Source: Conidiobolus incongruus B7586 (lineage: Eukaryota). From it: 64,000 nt of DNA. Shown here piece after piece: positions 40,604-55,236 of the stretch. Both the position numbers and the translations under genes were made by a program. The stretch covers positions 1 through 64,000 of the forward strand of contig JNEM01010572.1 in the NCBI GenBank assembly GCA_000697335.1, given 5' to 3'. The notes below the pieces were generated by a model, which was not told the DNA's origin, ran no database searches, and worked only from the letters and a program-made list of their open reading frames with translations. Position 1 is the stretch's first letter; every line of letters starts with the position of its first letter.

Positions 40604-43013
40604 TTAAATAGACCAAATATTTACTCGTCCCGATCGGGTACCTGCGGCGAGCCAACTCATTCCTTCAATGGGACTGGAATGTGTGAATTTGGAGCTAAAA
40701 TAAGTGGTTGGTGCGGGTTCTTCCGTCATTTCAACTCCTGTTAATTTAGCTACAAACGCTTCATTGTCATCTATCGTCGTGATAGTGGGAATATTATCCA
40801 ACTGCTGGGGTTGAAATGTGACGCGATTGTAGACGTAGGGTGTTTCATACTCATCCACAATACCTACAATCATTTGCTTGTCAAACTGCACTTTGAGAAC
40901 GGGATAATTCAGTGACAATTTTTCAATCACTTTGCCCATTCTGAGATCCCAAATGCGGATAGTCTTGTCCAAACTGCTGCTGACAATTGTCGTCTGATCA
41001 AACTGTAGCGACGTGATGGGTCCGAGATGATCACTTAGGGATCTGTGGGATTGGCCAGTGCGTATGTCCCACATTCTGATTACACCATCAACTGTACCGG
41101 ATGCCAAAGCGTGCTTCCGCACCATCAAACTTCCAATCGTAGTGTTGAGACTATCGTAATCCCTGCCTCGACCATTGGTAATCTTCCAGTATTTTGTCTT
41201 GAAATCTTTTACTAGTCCAGCATTCATATTCCAAACCGTATCCATTACAGAGAGTGACTTACCAGTTTCCAAATCCCAATGAATCATAGTGCCGTTGTCA
41301 CATCCGGATATTAACGTTGTTTTGTTGAAATCGATAGCAGTCACCGCACTCGAATGATCAGTCAGCGTCATTAAAGGATCAACAAAGTCCAATGTCGAAT
41401 CGGATGTAATGTTGTTGATATTGTGGATATAAATATTAGAATCTTGACCTCCTGAGACCACTAAGCCGTGATTGCTCTTTAGACAGTACACACTTCCCTT
41501 TTGGCCGACTAATGTGACTAAATGTTCTTGGGTACTATCATCCCACATTTTAATAGAACCATCTGTCGAACCTGTTATGATGTAATGATTTTGGGGATTG
41601 ATATCTAATGTGGTAATACTGTGGTAGGGATGAGCTTCAAAACTCTAGAAATTCAATCTATAAATAATTATATAATAATAAATTGTTGGCATCCCTATAC
41701 CTTCAAGAAAGATCCCCATTTAGGAATAACAGGAGTATTTATAGGTACATCAGGTAAAGATAAGTCTTCAGTAGCGGCAATTTTCTCAGTAACGTTGGGA
41801 GTTTCAACATTTCCCTCAACTTCTGGTTTGACTTCAGTTTCAGGCTCAGTTTCAGGTTCATTATTGTCAACTTCAGTTGAAATAGTATGATCTTCTTTAT
41901 CAATTGGCTCAGATGTTTTGATTATTTCGGTTTCTTTAACTTCAATATTTTCAACCTGTGATTGACCTACTTCAATTTCAAAAGGTGGTAAATTTATATT
42001 AGTTTCAACATCCATTTGGCTTTCTGGTAGGTTTTCAGATTGTGTTTCTATTCATTTATTAGATATAAATCAATAGATAAAAGTGAATATTAGCCTTACC
42101 ATTGACAACCTGAGCGGAAACTTCAATATTTTCACTTTCCAATTCCTTTAAATCATCATTTTGTACTAAAATATATTCATATTAATATATAAATAACCAT
42201 CATTTATATCGATATAATACCATTATCTTCAGACTTTGTCAAATTCAACAATTCTCGCTCCTTTTCGACCAAATTATTTAATTTATTCAATAATTTGTCT
42301 TTTTTGAAATTTAAAGTTTGGATTTCTTGGTCTACTAGTTCGATTTTGTGGGAGTATTTGGTCTGTTTTATAAATCAGTCCAATCATTCAATATAATAGT
42401 AAATATAATTACCTTTAAATAGGATATCCTATCTAGTCGCGATTTGACCTGTTCGTTGGTTAAATCTAAATGTAAATATTAGTAAATGAATTGAAATAAT
42501 AAGATTGATGAGCAGTATATTACTTGAAATAGTTTGATCCTTACTACCTTCCGAATACAAACTTTCCAAATCATTCTCAATCTGCTCACTAGAATCCGTA
42601 GCCAAGCTTAACCTATTCCTAAATCCCTGATGCAATGTAGGCTGCGATCTCTCACTTATGGGAATATCGTCGTCGATATCATCTACACTCAAATCGGGCA
42701 CGGGTCTCGAATTGGAACCCTGTGTCAGTCGAAATCGGTTGCGAAACAGATCCAAATTCATGCCAAGTAACATCCCCGCAGTGTTACTGCTGAGTCCACT
42801 TAGCACGTGTCCCACTATGTTTGCTTCTGTCGTTATCATGGAGTATATGGGATTAATTAAGCTCATAGCACTTTCCGAAACCAGATCTAAAGTTGACGCA
42901 TTTGAGGTACTTGGCGGCGGCACCGGTGGTGAAATATCTTGAAGATGCCGCGGGTTTCTTCCATTTTGTCTGCTCTTCCTTCCTGAGGGTTTGGGACGTG
43001 ATTTGATTTCCAT
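40604..43013 (-). CDS. MDV1: Mitochondrial fission adaptor Mdv1/Caf4-like WD40 protein, multi-exon
   Basis: N-terminal extension with TLHQGF, a coiled-coil exon, then WD40 repeats LASGTVDGVIRMWDIRTG..HLGPITSLQFD..SSSLDKTIRIWDLRMG. Confidence 0.85.
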
Positions 43014-44108
43014 AATTTTTTAGCTATGGAAACTTTATAATCAAAAAATTATTCAATTCAAAATATATTAAATTAAATTTAAAAAATAAATTTAATAAAT
43101 ATACTAATAATTATTAATATATTATGTTGATAATTAAATTTTTATATTTAATATTTTTAATTATGATACATTTATAGTTTTAGCAAAATCAACCTAAGCT
43201 TATGAATTATAAACCAAGGGATGAGATGAAATTTGAAAAAATAATTATGGGATTCGTAAGTGAAAAAGTTGTTCCAATTACTGGACTAGAATGATTTAAT
43301 TTTTTAAAGGTTGGGTTTTAAAATTATAACAAAGTAAGGACTATTTTAACAGATATTAGTAAATACAAGATGATAAAGATTAATTTATACTTCATTTGAA
43401 TTATTCTCTGGTTCTTAAAAATAATTTGGAAATATAATATAAATCTTGAAAATATTTAACAAAAATAGTTAATTGATTAGTTAAGAATTTTCTATGATTT
43501 TTTATGATGTAATAAAAAATTGTGAGAAAACATTTTTTCTGATAAATATTATTGCATAAATAAAAATTGAAAATTAAATAATTATATTTTAGTGAATAGG
43601 ATATTCTAATGAATTTATTAGGTCAGTTATTAATAATTCAATCAATATAAAACTTGATAGTCAATAATTGAATATAATTATAATTTTATAAAATTGTTGG
43701 TTAATTTAATTGAATTAACTATATAATTAGAGAGTGCTACTTAATATTAATTATTCATTTATACTATCAGAAAATAAAATAAAAATTTGAAATTAAAATA
43801 ATTTCATCTAAAAGCTCAATATTGTTCAAGTCTTCAATTTTACATAATCAAATATAAACCTAAATAGTATTTAATATTATCGAATTAATTAAAAATATTC
43901 CAAAAGTTAATAATATTGAAGTTGTCTCTTAAATTTAATACTTATATATATATTCAACCTTAATCAAAATGTTCAGGTTCTAATAAAATTTATATTATTA
44001 TATTTATTTTGAATAATTAGATGACGAGAAAAATACTGAATTAACTTTTTAATAAGGATTCTCTTACTTTCAATAAATCAAAAATCTCTTTCTGAATTAG
44101 CTTTCAAA

Positions 44109-44151
44109 CGCGAAACATTTAAAAATTTACCAGAATTTGATAAACACGAAA
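44109..44151 (+). promoter_or_regulatory. Putative G1/S elements (CGCGAAA, CACGAAA) upstream of PDS5
   Basis: CGCGAAA at 44109-44115 (within ACGCGA) and CACGAAA at 44145-44151 match the SCB consensus CRCGAAA, about 400 bp before the PDS5 ATG. Confidence 0.5.
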
Positions 44152-44529
44152 ATAAACCAATTAAAAATGTCAACAAATTAATACGAAATTCCCAAGAAAT
44201 TCGATTTCGAAAATTTAATTGGATAATACTTCATTAATCCAATTTGAATTTGAATTTTAATTCGAGTTTATAAAGAATATTTTTTGGTTCGTAATGGAGA
44301 GTTTATGAATTTTTAATTGATATTACTTTAACTCCAATTCCATTTTATTGTTAATATCAATTTATTTAACTTCTCTCCAATTGTTATTGTATAAAAAATT
44401 AGCAATTAAAGACAAACATTATCTTTTTTTATTCAGTTTGAAAATATTTAGTCTCTAAAACATCTTGATTCAATTAGTGGAATTAATATAAATTAAAATT
44501 ATATTAGTAATATTATTTAATTCAAAATA

Positions 44530-47500
44530 ATGTCTGATACGAACCGATTACAATTTGACCAAGTACTAGTAGCTACTGGCGGTCGTAATATTGCTTATGG
44601 TGAAATTGTCAAAAGATTAACAGTATCCAATTTACATTAGCCACATGTAATTCAATTACTAACAAAATGTTTTAGAAATTACATGAAGAGTTGGGACTAA
44701 TTAAACAGAGTGATCAATTCGACAATTCAAGTCTCAATGGTGTCATTAAACAGTTAAAGTCACCTAGCTTGATGGAGCATAAAAACCCTTTGGTCAAAGC
44801 TATTACGGCGTGTTGTATCGCTGATATTCTAAAATTATATGCACCAGATTCTCCCTATAATAAAACTGAACTTGGGGTAATTTATAGAAAATTGATGATG
44901 TCATCCATATTAATATGATTTCTAGGCGATTTTTAAATTGTTTTTCAATCAGTTCAAATTGTTGGGCACATCCAATTCCGAGACGGTTAGCTTTGATACT
45001 TATTTGTTGAATTCGTTGGGTACTTATAAGAGTGCTATTTTGATGTTGGATTTGAATAATGCTACACAATTATTGACTCAGACTTTTGAGATCTTTTTCT
45101 CGCTTACTAAGTACTTGATTTATCTTATTACAATATATTTTACTCACCTTTGAATTTTAGGAAAGATCAATCTAATGAAATTCTATCAAGTGCAGTTGCC
45201 ATCCTATCGTCATTAGTCGATAACTCCAACAACGTCCCTACTAAGGCTATCGAATTGATTCTATCATGCTTTACCGATAAAAATCGTCAGCAATACCCTT
45301 ACTCATATTATTTAGCTAAAGAACTCTGCCTCACTTCTAGCGATCGTCTCCAGAGGTACTTCTGCCAATATTTTAGTGACATCCTTTTGGCTTCTGCTAA
45401 ACCTCATGAAGCCGATCCCGAAAAGAGTATCGATCTCAAAACTGCTCATCGTATTATTGTTAATATTAATAGAGCTGCTCCTAATGTTTTGCTCAATGTC
45501 ATTCCTCTCTTGGAACAAGAGTTATCTTATGATAATACAGAACTTCGTACTTTAGCCACTAGAGCTTTGGGTGACATGTTCTCCCAGCCTGGCCACTTAT
45601 CATCAACTTATGGAGCTGTGTGGAAGATTTGGCTACAAAGAATGAATGATAAAACCTCCCAAGTGAGAGTTGCTTGGGTTGAACAGAGCATTACATTTTT
45701 CTTAAATAATAGCAGTGATCTCAATCAAGTTCAGGAGGGTTTAATTACCAAGGTTCAAGATCCTGATGACAAGGTCAGAACTGCTGTTTGTAAAGTTATT
45801 GGACTTATTGGTTACGATTTGGTCAAACAATTGGTTGATCCTAAATTACTTGAAGGTTTGTCTCTTCGTTGTAAAGATAAAAAGGTAACCATATAAACAT
45901 ATACTCTAATATATATGCTTATCATTTGATTAGCCTGAAACTAGAATTGCCGCTCTCAACACATTATCAGAGCTCTATGATAAAGCTTATCATGATATCG
46001 TTTATGGAGATCCTCAAGCCATTTCCAAATTTTCCAAATTACCCAATGCTATCTTGGGACTTTTCTATGTATATGATGGCGATTATCACGCCGCTCAGGT
46101 TTTGAGAGAGAAGGTATTCTCTTCTGATCGTAATACATCGGATCGTACTCAAAGGATATTGAATGTATGCTCATACTTGAATGACAAGGGACTCACTGCA
46201 TTCTACTCTATGATGAAGACACAATCCATTGCTATTAAACATTTCCACAGATATATCACTAATATTAATGAGCAAAGAGCTTGGAGTTCCAAGACCAATA
46301 CCACCGAAGATATTGAAAAATCTATTCTTGGATCAGCTAAACTCTTGGTAGAAAAGTATAATGATACAACCTTACATTATAGTAATTTGGTAAAGTATTC
46401 TCAATCTCCCGATAAGAGATTAAATGAACTCTTTTTGAAGGTTATTAGCTTTACTTCTGATTATGATACTGTTGTAGATTGTTATGGAAAGGCCATGAAG
46501 CGAATTGAACAGCTGAATTCTGAGTTAGTTAATACTTTCAAGATGATTCTCAATACCGTTTCACTCAAATTAGTCAATCACACCATTCTTCCATTCTTAT
46601 TTGAAATTGTTGAATCTGGAAAGAGTACCAGATCCAAAAAGAACACAACCACTGACACTACAAAGTCCACCACCGCCCAAAAAATACTAGACCAATTGGC
46701 TAATTGGTTCCCCAATTTGTTCGATGCTCACTTAAATTTGCTCACCAACTTCTTGACCGATTCCTCCATCGACCTGTTCAAGTCTGAGCAAATTGATCGA
46801 CTTAAGGCTTTGGCCAAGCATGTCAAATCCCATCCTCGAGAACTTAAGCTGGATGATTTATCCATTAAGAAATTGAAAGATCTCTGTCTCAAGGGCACCG
46901 TTTTACAATCCAAATATGCTGCTTGTGTCCTCTGTTTGAACTCCAACTATCTCATTTGTGTCCCTGATTTGGTTTCACAACTTGTCAAGAATTTGAAACC
47001 CAACTCTCAATACTTAAACTCGACACTTAAGGCTTTTCAACAGATTGCTATCCACTCACCCGACGATTTGGAAGATATTTATGAGCAGCTTGTCAAGTTT
47101 GTAGTGAGTGATCTCTTATATAAGAATTTGAAGAGTTCTTATGATCCTTCTTCTTACGAAGAATTCGAGCAAATTGACTCTGAATTGGAAGCTAAGGTCT
47201 TAGGTCTCAAAGTTTTGGTCAATAGAGCATTGTCATTTGCTGATGATGACATTAAAGTGGCTCTCTGTAAACCCGTTTTGAATTTACTATGGGATATCTT
47301 AGACAAAGAAGGTGCTCTTACTGATGAAATGCCCAAATCCTTCAGAGCCAATTTGAGATTGGCTGCCATTAACTCCATTGTCAAACTCGCATGCAAATCG
47401 CATCTTCAATCCTATATTGCACCCCTTCAATTCACCAAATTGTCCTATTTTATGCAAGATGAAATTTTCGAAGTGCGTCAAGGATTCGTCACAAAGTTGA

Positions 47501-48367
47501 TTAAATACCTGAGCATTCAAAGTCTCAACCCCAAGTATGCCTCCATTCTATTCTTAACAGCCCACGATCCTGAAATTGAATTGCGCGATACCGTTTCAGT
47601 CGCTCTCAAGAGACAACTCGATAGGAATAAGGCTCAAAATCGTGTCGCTCATCACTTGGAATCCACTACACCTCGTCTTATTTACCTTCTTGCCCATCAT
47701 CCAGATTTCTCCAGAGATGGTGAAGATTTACTACAGTTTCAACGCTATTTGGAGTTCTTCCTGGAAATTATTGCCACACCCGATAATATTTCATACATCT
47801 TTGAATGTATTTCCAGATTGAAGAATACCTACGATTTGAACAGTCCAGAGCGATCCGATTGCATCTACGCATTAAGTGATTTGATGCAGTATACCATTAA
47901 ACATTTCAGGCTCACTTCCCACTGGCTCATTCAGCCCTACACAGGACCCATTTCTCTACCCGCCGATATGTATAGACATCTCACCAATCCAGCCAAGATG
48001 TCCACAATTGCTAACCATAGTTTCTTACCCCAAGAGTTCTTCCCAACTGACCAAACCCGTGTCATGGCACCTCCACTTGATCCCAAAGAATTCCCAGGTG
48101 ATTTTAGTTTGGCACCCAAATCCCCCCGTTCTCCTCGTTCTCCAAGGTCTCCGAAATCTCCAAGGTCGCCAAGATCTCCCAAATCGCCCAAGTCGCCTAG
48201 GGCTGGTAAGAGGTCCCTTCCTCACGATTCGGATACTAAATCGTAAGTTTATTTAACATATAATCATTATTTTATCGATTACTAATCTTTGATTTAGGCC
48301 ATCTGCTCGCAGATCCAAAACCACATCCCACTCTCCTATGAAGTATGTGGAGGTTGACTCGGATTAG
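44530..48367 (+). CDS. PDS5: Sister chromatid cohesion protein Pds5, multi-exon
   Basis: ACCIADILKLYAPDSPY, VLLNVIPLLEQEL, WLQRMNDK, DPDDKVR, QDEIFEVRQGF, RLIYLLAHHPDF; last intron 48243-48297, stop 48365-48367. Confidence 0.97.
48121..48201 (+). repeat. Coding tandem repeat (Ser-Pro-Arg/Lys)x9 in the Pds5 tail
   Basis: SPRSPRSPRSPKSPRSPRSPKSPKSPR encoded with varied synonymous codons. Confidence 0.95.
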
Positions 48368-50479
48368 GTCTCATCAATTATTACTGTAAGATTCATCAAT
48401 CATAAAACATTCAACCTATATGATAAATTTAAATTCTCTTGTATTCACAACTATTTTCACTATATTGCTCCAACAAAATTTCTATAATATTCATTGAATT
48501 AAACTATTTTTTGATAATTTAATTGCAACATATATAATTTGTATAATATTTTAATATCAATTAACTATCAAGTTAGTCTATTTTAATAACATATTTTAAT
48601 TATTTGGTTAATATAAAGATATAACTAGAAGTTACTGATTAGTCAATATGAATTTTCAATTTATTGAAATAATTTCACAATATAAGAATTTATTTTCAAA
48701 ATATGATCTATTTAAGATATAAATGTATTGAATATAATCATATTTTATAAATGATTATAATTGACTTCAAAATCTTTGATATTATAATGTTTTTAATATC
48801 AATTATAATTAATTTTAGAATCATAGTAAAAGTTTTATTAAATTGTATGATATAAATGTTTAATTTCAATATTTATTATTGACATTATATTATGAATTTT
48901 ATATTGTTAATGTAATACAATATAATAATTGCTTATTATTTTCTACCCAATTTGAGTCAATTTTATTAAAATATTGAAATTTAAAGGATTTAAATGTAAA
49001 TTATATTGACGAAATATGTATTCATAATACAATCATTTATAATCTAAAACAATTCTTAGAGTATTAAAGAAATTAATTTCTATATTAAATGTAATGAATG
49101 TTAGATGATCATATAATATTTATCTCAGAATCTTGACCGTATAATATAATTTAAAATTTGTATACTTTTGATCTTTGTAGATCTTAAGTAGCTTTCAGAA
49201 ACCCAGATATGAGTAACGTCCAAACAGCAAATATATCACTAATTTCACTTATAATGATCCACTTCAATATATCTATTTTAATTATTACCATATTTATTAA
49301 GAAATGCTTACATCAAAAATTACCCAAAATCCACGATCCCAGTTTGAGGATTTTAAAGATGTGAACATTTTCCAGCTGATGCGTGAGGATAGTGAATAAA
49401 TTTTGGAATTGATCTATGTGTTGATCTAATTAAAATATCCTGGAACTTTAGAGAATATAAGAATAGATACATTCTTTAATCTATTGAATTTGAGTAAAAT
49501 TTCACAAATTTATACTTTTGTGCTTTATTAAATACGAGTTTTTAAAATGATTAAATTAAGAGTTGGGTAAATGAAAATATTGTGATATTTTATTAAATGT
49601 AGATATTTTCATTTTCAATTAACATATGGCAATAATAAAGCATATAACTTTAATTAGGAGAATAAATGATTGAACAAATTGACTATTTGATTTAATATGA
49701 TTTCAAATGACACCAAAATCTTAATATTGAGAAGAAATCTCCTTGAGTAATAATTTATAATACTAATTGTACTTAATAAATCCTTCTATTTACATCAAAA
49801 AAATTTGATTCAATTGAACAAAATTCAATCATTTGTTATGAAGATCCAAATAAAATATTAATCATCAAAATTTCCAAATTACATAAAAAATATATTAACT
49901 GTTTGATAAAAATATAGGAGATTTAAATTTTAAGTTCAAACTTGATAAATGCATCAGTATAATGGTGATCTATCTCAATGCTATTGAACCTAATTATCAA
50001 ATATTCAATTATAGTAAATGAAAGATTATATTTTTAAAATTTTATGAATTTAATTTGGAAATGATTGTTGGCATATTTTAGCCTATTATTATTTATTAAT
50101 ATATCAGGTATTTATAATACTAATACTAATATTTGATTTAAATTTGAACAATTATTCTATATTATATATTTATAAACCTAATATATAAGATAATAAACAG
50201 CTATAATCAGATTTAATTAAATTTGATTTCAAAACAAACAATTAAGTTGATGAAGATAATACCTAATTAGTCCATCAGGATTCATAAATATTATTATTGG
50301 ATAAAATTCAATTGAATTTGAAATTGAAATATTACTATAAAATTAAAGAAATGAGAAATTTTTTAATTTCTGATTTTTCAAATATATTATTAGTTTTAAA
50401 TAAAAAAATATATATAAAACAAATAAAAAAAATAAATAGTTTTGAATTATATATATATATATATAATAATTTTTTAAAA

Positions 50480-51520
50480 TTAGTTATTAAATTTAATTAT
50501 ACTTAAACTAAATAATAATCATCAAAAGTTTTTTATTTTAGTATTAGTAAAACTTAACCATAAACCTTTTAAAATCATTTAAAATCTATAAGTGACTTTT
50601 AATAATAAAGTATTATTTAAACAATTTATTGTTAGATAAATTATTTTAAAGTTAAGACAAAAACTACCTAAAACTTACTAAAATTTAAAAAACTAATTTC
50701 AACTATTACTTTTTTAATTATTAATAAAACTATAAAATATATTAAAAAATATTTTAGTTAAAAAATTATTAAAATAATTTAATATTAATTATATAAATAT
50801 TTTATATATATTAAAGTTTAAATTAAAATTAATTAATAAAAATATAAAATAAATACCTTATAATTTAATTAAAACTTAAAAAAAGTTAAAATAGCTATTG
50901 TTAAACAAAATTTATTAAGATATAACTAAAAACTAAAGCTTTTATAATAAATTATTATAATAAGTAAATCTTAAGTTTTTTTATATAATCTTTTGTTAAA
51001 ACATAAATCAAAGTGTTAAATTAAGTTAAATTAACCTTTTTTATAAATTTCTTTAAATAAATACTTTGTTGATAAACAAATGTTAATTATTATAATAAAT
51101 TATAATAATATATGTTATTCTTATTTAATTTTTAAAAGAAAATTAATTAATAATAAACTTTATATTTTTTTTAAATAAAACTATTTTAAATTAGTATTCT
51201 CAATATAATTTAAAAAAAAACTTATTATTTTATATGATAATTATAAAATATATAAATTTAAAGCTATAAAAAACTTTTTAATTAAAAACAATTGGAAAAA
51301 ACTACTATATCTAATATATTTTTTAAATTATAACTTATGTAATTATAATTATTTTAAGCAATTAAAAAACTAGCTTATAAGAAAAAAAATTTTACAGAAA
51401 AATTTAATTAATTTGTAAAATATTAAATTTTAATCTTTAATAAAAAAAATTATTATTTAAGTATTAGATCTTTACTAAAAGTATAATAAAAAGTTATTAG
51501 AAATAAAAGAAATTATTAAT
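50480..51520 (+). mobile_element. Mariner (DD34D-type) transposase relic, hypermutated
   Basis: Reads K*IPYNL (WVPHEL, ~50845-50865), IIIISKS*VFLYNL (IVTGDESWV.Y.P, ~50950-50990), KQMLII, IILYDNYKIYK (ILHDNA..H, ~51225-51255), NWKKLLYLIYFLNYNLCNY (WE.LPHPPYSPDL.P.DY, ~51290-51345), V**KVIRNKRNY* (W.KCI..G.Y, ~51480-51519). Motif order and spacing fit mariner. TIRs not resolved. Confidence 0.8.
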
Positions 51521-52082
51521 TTTATAATATATATTTATTTTTGCTTTTTATATATTAAAATGTATATTTTTTTTAATCACAAAAAATTCCTATTATTTAA
51601 ATTATAAAATAATTTTTCAACTCAAATTAAAATTTCTAAAAAATATTGAAAATTTTATTAAAGTAAATATATATTAAAAATTTTTTATAATTAATATTCT
51701 TTTAAACATAACCATACATATGATATAATCCATAGAATATTTTAATATTTCTATTTAATATTATTATTACAAAAATATTTTAAAAAATAATCAAAAATTA
51801 GTGAATAAGCATGTCTAATGGAAGTTGTCTTTAGAAAATAATTATATAGATTTAAGTAAGCCACTAAATATAATACTAATCTCTGGAATGTGTGATAGAT
51901 AATATCAACTCATATGAATATATAATGTATAATAAATAAAATAAAATAAAAAGTTTTAACAATTTAAAATTGAGACCCAAAGTGTATATTGATTAGATTA
52001 TTAAATAATCAGAAAGACTTAACAAGACTCTGCAGTATAGAGTCTAAATTCAAATTTTTTGTATGTAAGAGGAAAAAATATT

Positions 52083-53546
52083 TTAATTGGTTGGACGGGA
52101 GGAGATAGGTTTGGGATCTTTAAGTGCCTCATTTACCCATGATTTCATATCAACATCAACTCCTTTAGCGGTAGGCTGAGATAAGAATGGGTGTTCCTAA
52201 TTGAAAAAGTTAGATAGAGCTTTTACATTGTAAAGATATTTAGTGTTACCAATAATTCGGCATATGTTGGCCTCTTTTCAGGAGATTTTTGGAGACTAAA
52301 TTGTTTAGATTAATATATAGTGCTAATAAAAATTTAACATAAGTATTTACCATTGAGCAATAAAATCTTGAGCAATATCAGAATAAGTATCAGGTAATTT
52401 AGGGGCTTCACCCATAACAATTTCATTTAAGATGACAAAAACGGAATCGAATTTATCTGAGCTATATGGGTATTTCCCTGTAGCAATTTCCAGAATTGAA
52501 AGACCAAGAGAAAATACATCAGATTGAACAGTGTAACTAGATGAAGAGTGTGTAATTCTTTCAGGCTAAGAAAACTAAGATTAAAAATATATAGAAATAA
52601 CACAATGTTAAACCTTACAGCCATGTAACTTTGACAACCAATATGTGTTTTAGCCATGGACATAACCAGCTGTCCAGAGACACCAAAATCACAAAGTTTA
52701 ACCTCTCCCTTAGTATTGATTAGAATATTAGTCGGTTTAACATCTAATCTAGTGTTAATTGTATCTAAAAATAAATCAAATTTAAAATTATACCTCTATG
52801 GATAATGCTAAGTTCATCTTTTAAGAAACGGAGCCCTTCAACAATCTAATGTATGAAATGCTTCAGTTACACATTGATATACATATTAAAGAAATTAAAT
52901 AATACCGATCGAGCAATATAAGATAATACATCTTCAGGGGTTCCTTTCCAACAGACTAAATCGAGAGAACCACCATCCATATATTCCATACAATAATAAA
53001 CACAAGATTCAATGAAGAAAGCGCCATAGAATTCTACAATATATGGATTATGTGATTTATGGAGCACATCTAATTCCATAATAATTTGGTTAAGTTTAGC
53101 TTGATCGAGTTCAAGTCTAATTTCCTAAATAAAATTAAATTGATGTTTAAAATACTGAAAGAATTTTTTTTTCTTTATAAACTCGAAATAATACCTTCAT
53201 TGCCATTGTAACATTGGTAGGTTGATGGAATACTTTTTGTACGACACCATATTGACCTTTGCCCAAAGTTTGAAGTACTTGTAATTCGTTCATATTGATT
53301 TTATAGCTATTTCCATTGCTAAAATCAACACCGTCAGAATGTAAAACTGCTTTGCCATTGAAATTTAATTTTCCAGAAGGATCACTAAATTAATAAATAA
53401 ATATAAAATAAATTCAAGTTATATTAAATAATAAGAAATTACACAAATTTAGAAAATGTTGAGAATTGAGATTGAGCTTGGGCAAAGGAGCTATTTAGCT
53501 TTAAATCACCTTTAGATAATTTTAAATTGGGTCGCTTTGATCCCAT
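52083..53546 (-). CDS. PBS2: MAP kinase kinase of the Pbs2/Wis1 (HOG pathway) type, multi-exon
   Basis: [90 protein letters not shown]. Confidence 0.95.
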
Positions 53547-55236
53547 CTTGTTTAAAACAGACCGATATAATGAGGAAGGGTTTTGTATATATGCGTGAAG
53601 TAATATTGATTCTTTATATAAAGAAATATGAAATTTTATAATATAATCAATCTATTTTTTGATAAAGATAAAAGATTGAATAGAGTATAAAAGAGTTGAA
53701 GTGTTTGAAAGAATCAATGCTTTTAGTAATGATGACAGATTCCAAGAGTTGAATTATTAATAGTGAAATTTATAAAAAAAAATGTAAAATAAGTAATCTT
53801 ATTCAAATTCTTATTAATGAATAATTTGATAAATTCTTTTTTCCCTTATTAGGAAATGCCTCATTTTTCGCAATTTTGATTGGCTCTCAATTTCCACATT
53901 TTTAGTTATTTGATCACTTGACCTTAAAGGGTATATCTCCTAAGGAAGATATTTGATAAAAGATTTTATTGAATGATAATCCGTCTAATCAATAATGATG
54001 CATCCTTCCTCTAAATTAAATTACGGACACCTGCATAATTAATGACTATCTAAAAAGGAGGATAGTAAAGTTGAATGAAATCATGTGCACCATTTTAAAT
54101 CGAATCTTTAATCAAAAACCAATGAACTTGAAAGTTTTCTTGCTATTCATGGTAATTTGTATACCATATTAATTCGTATCATTTGCCAAAGTTTTTCAAT
54201 TGATAAAGATTATGTCTAATAAAATCATTGTAGATCTAGATTTAAAGAATTAACATTCCATTCACATTCCTTAATAAAGCTGAATTATTTAGTCTGCATT
54301 GGAGTTTAAAAAAAATATACCGATTATTTAACCAAGTTGAACTTACAACCTATATAATATCGATTATCAAAGTTATTTTTTTTATAAAATAATAAGTAAA
54401 ATTAAGAATTATAGATATAATAAGAAATTAAAATTTTTAATAATAATTTAACGTAATATTATTTTTTTAATAATTTTTAATATCAAATGACATACAAATG
54501 TTGAATTTAATTAAACATATACAGCTCCAGTGGATATTTCGATATAATATAATACATTATTCATTCAATTTTAACTATAATTTAATTTATTGCTAAATTG
54601 GCTATTAAAAAAATAATTATTAATATTAGAATGTTAAAAGATATAATGAATCTTAATAATTTTCATAGCTTTGATTAAATTATTTTATATTACTATATTT
54701 GACAATAATCAAATAACCCTAAAACCAGATTTAATTTAGTGTAATTTGGATGAAACCAAATAAATATTTTAATCTAAAAAACACATTCTATTTCTAACAA
54801 TCTTTCATAATCTCTTAAAAAGTGTATTTGATTTCTATAATTCTCTATTTTTTAAAAAAGTATATGATTAAATATTTTAAATATAAATTTATATTTATAT
54901 TTATATTTATTTATAACTGGGTATCATTAAAACAATGACATCAAGGATAATTTTTCATTATTTTTAAATTTAAAAGTCTTGGCTTTATGGTTTGATTTTG
55001 AAAAATTTTTATTGATGTGAAATTAATTCAATACTATTATACAATATATTAGAGATACATCGATATTGGAATAATTGTATTCTTATATTAGTTATATGTT
55101 CATTATAAATATATTACAGGATCAATAATTTTTTATAATTGTTAAAAATTTCTAATACCCACATCATAGTCAAATAATCAAATCTTAAACATAATATGAT
55201 AAAGATGAAATTCCAGATCTGTATTTAATGACGTAA

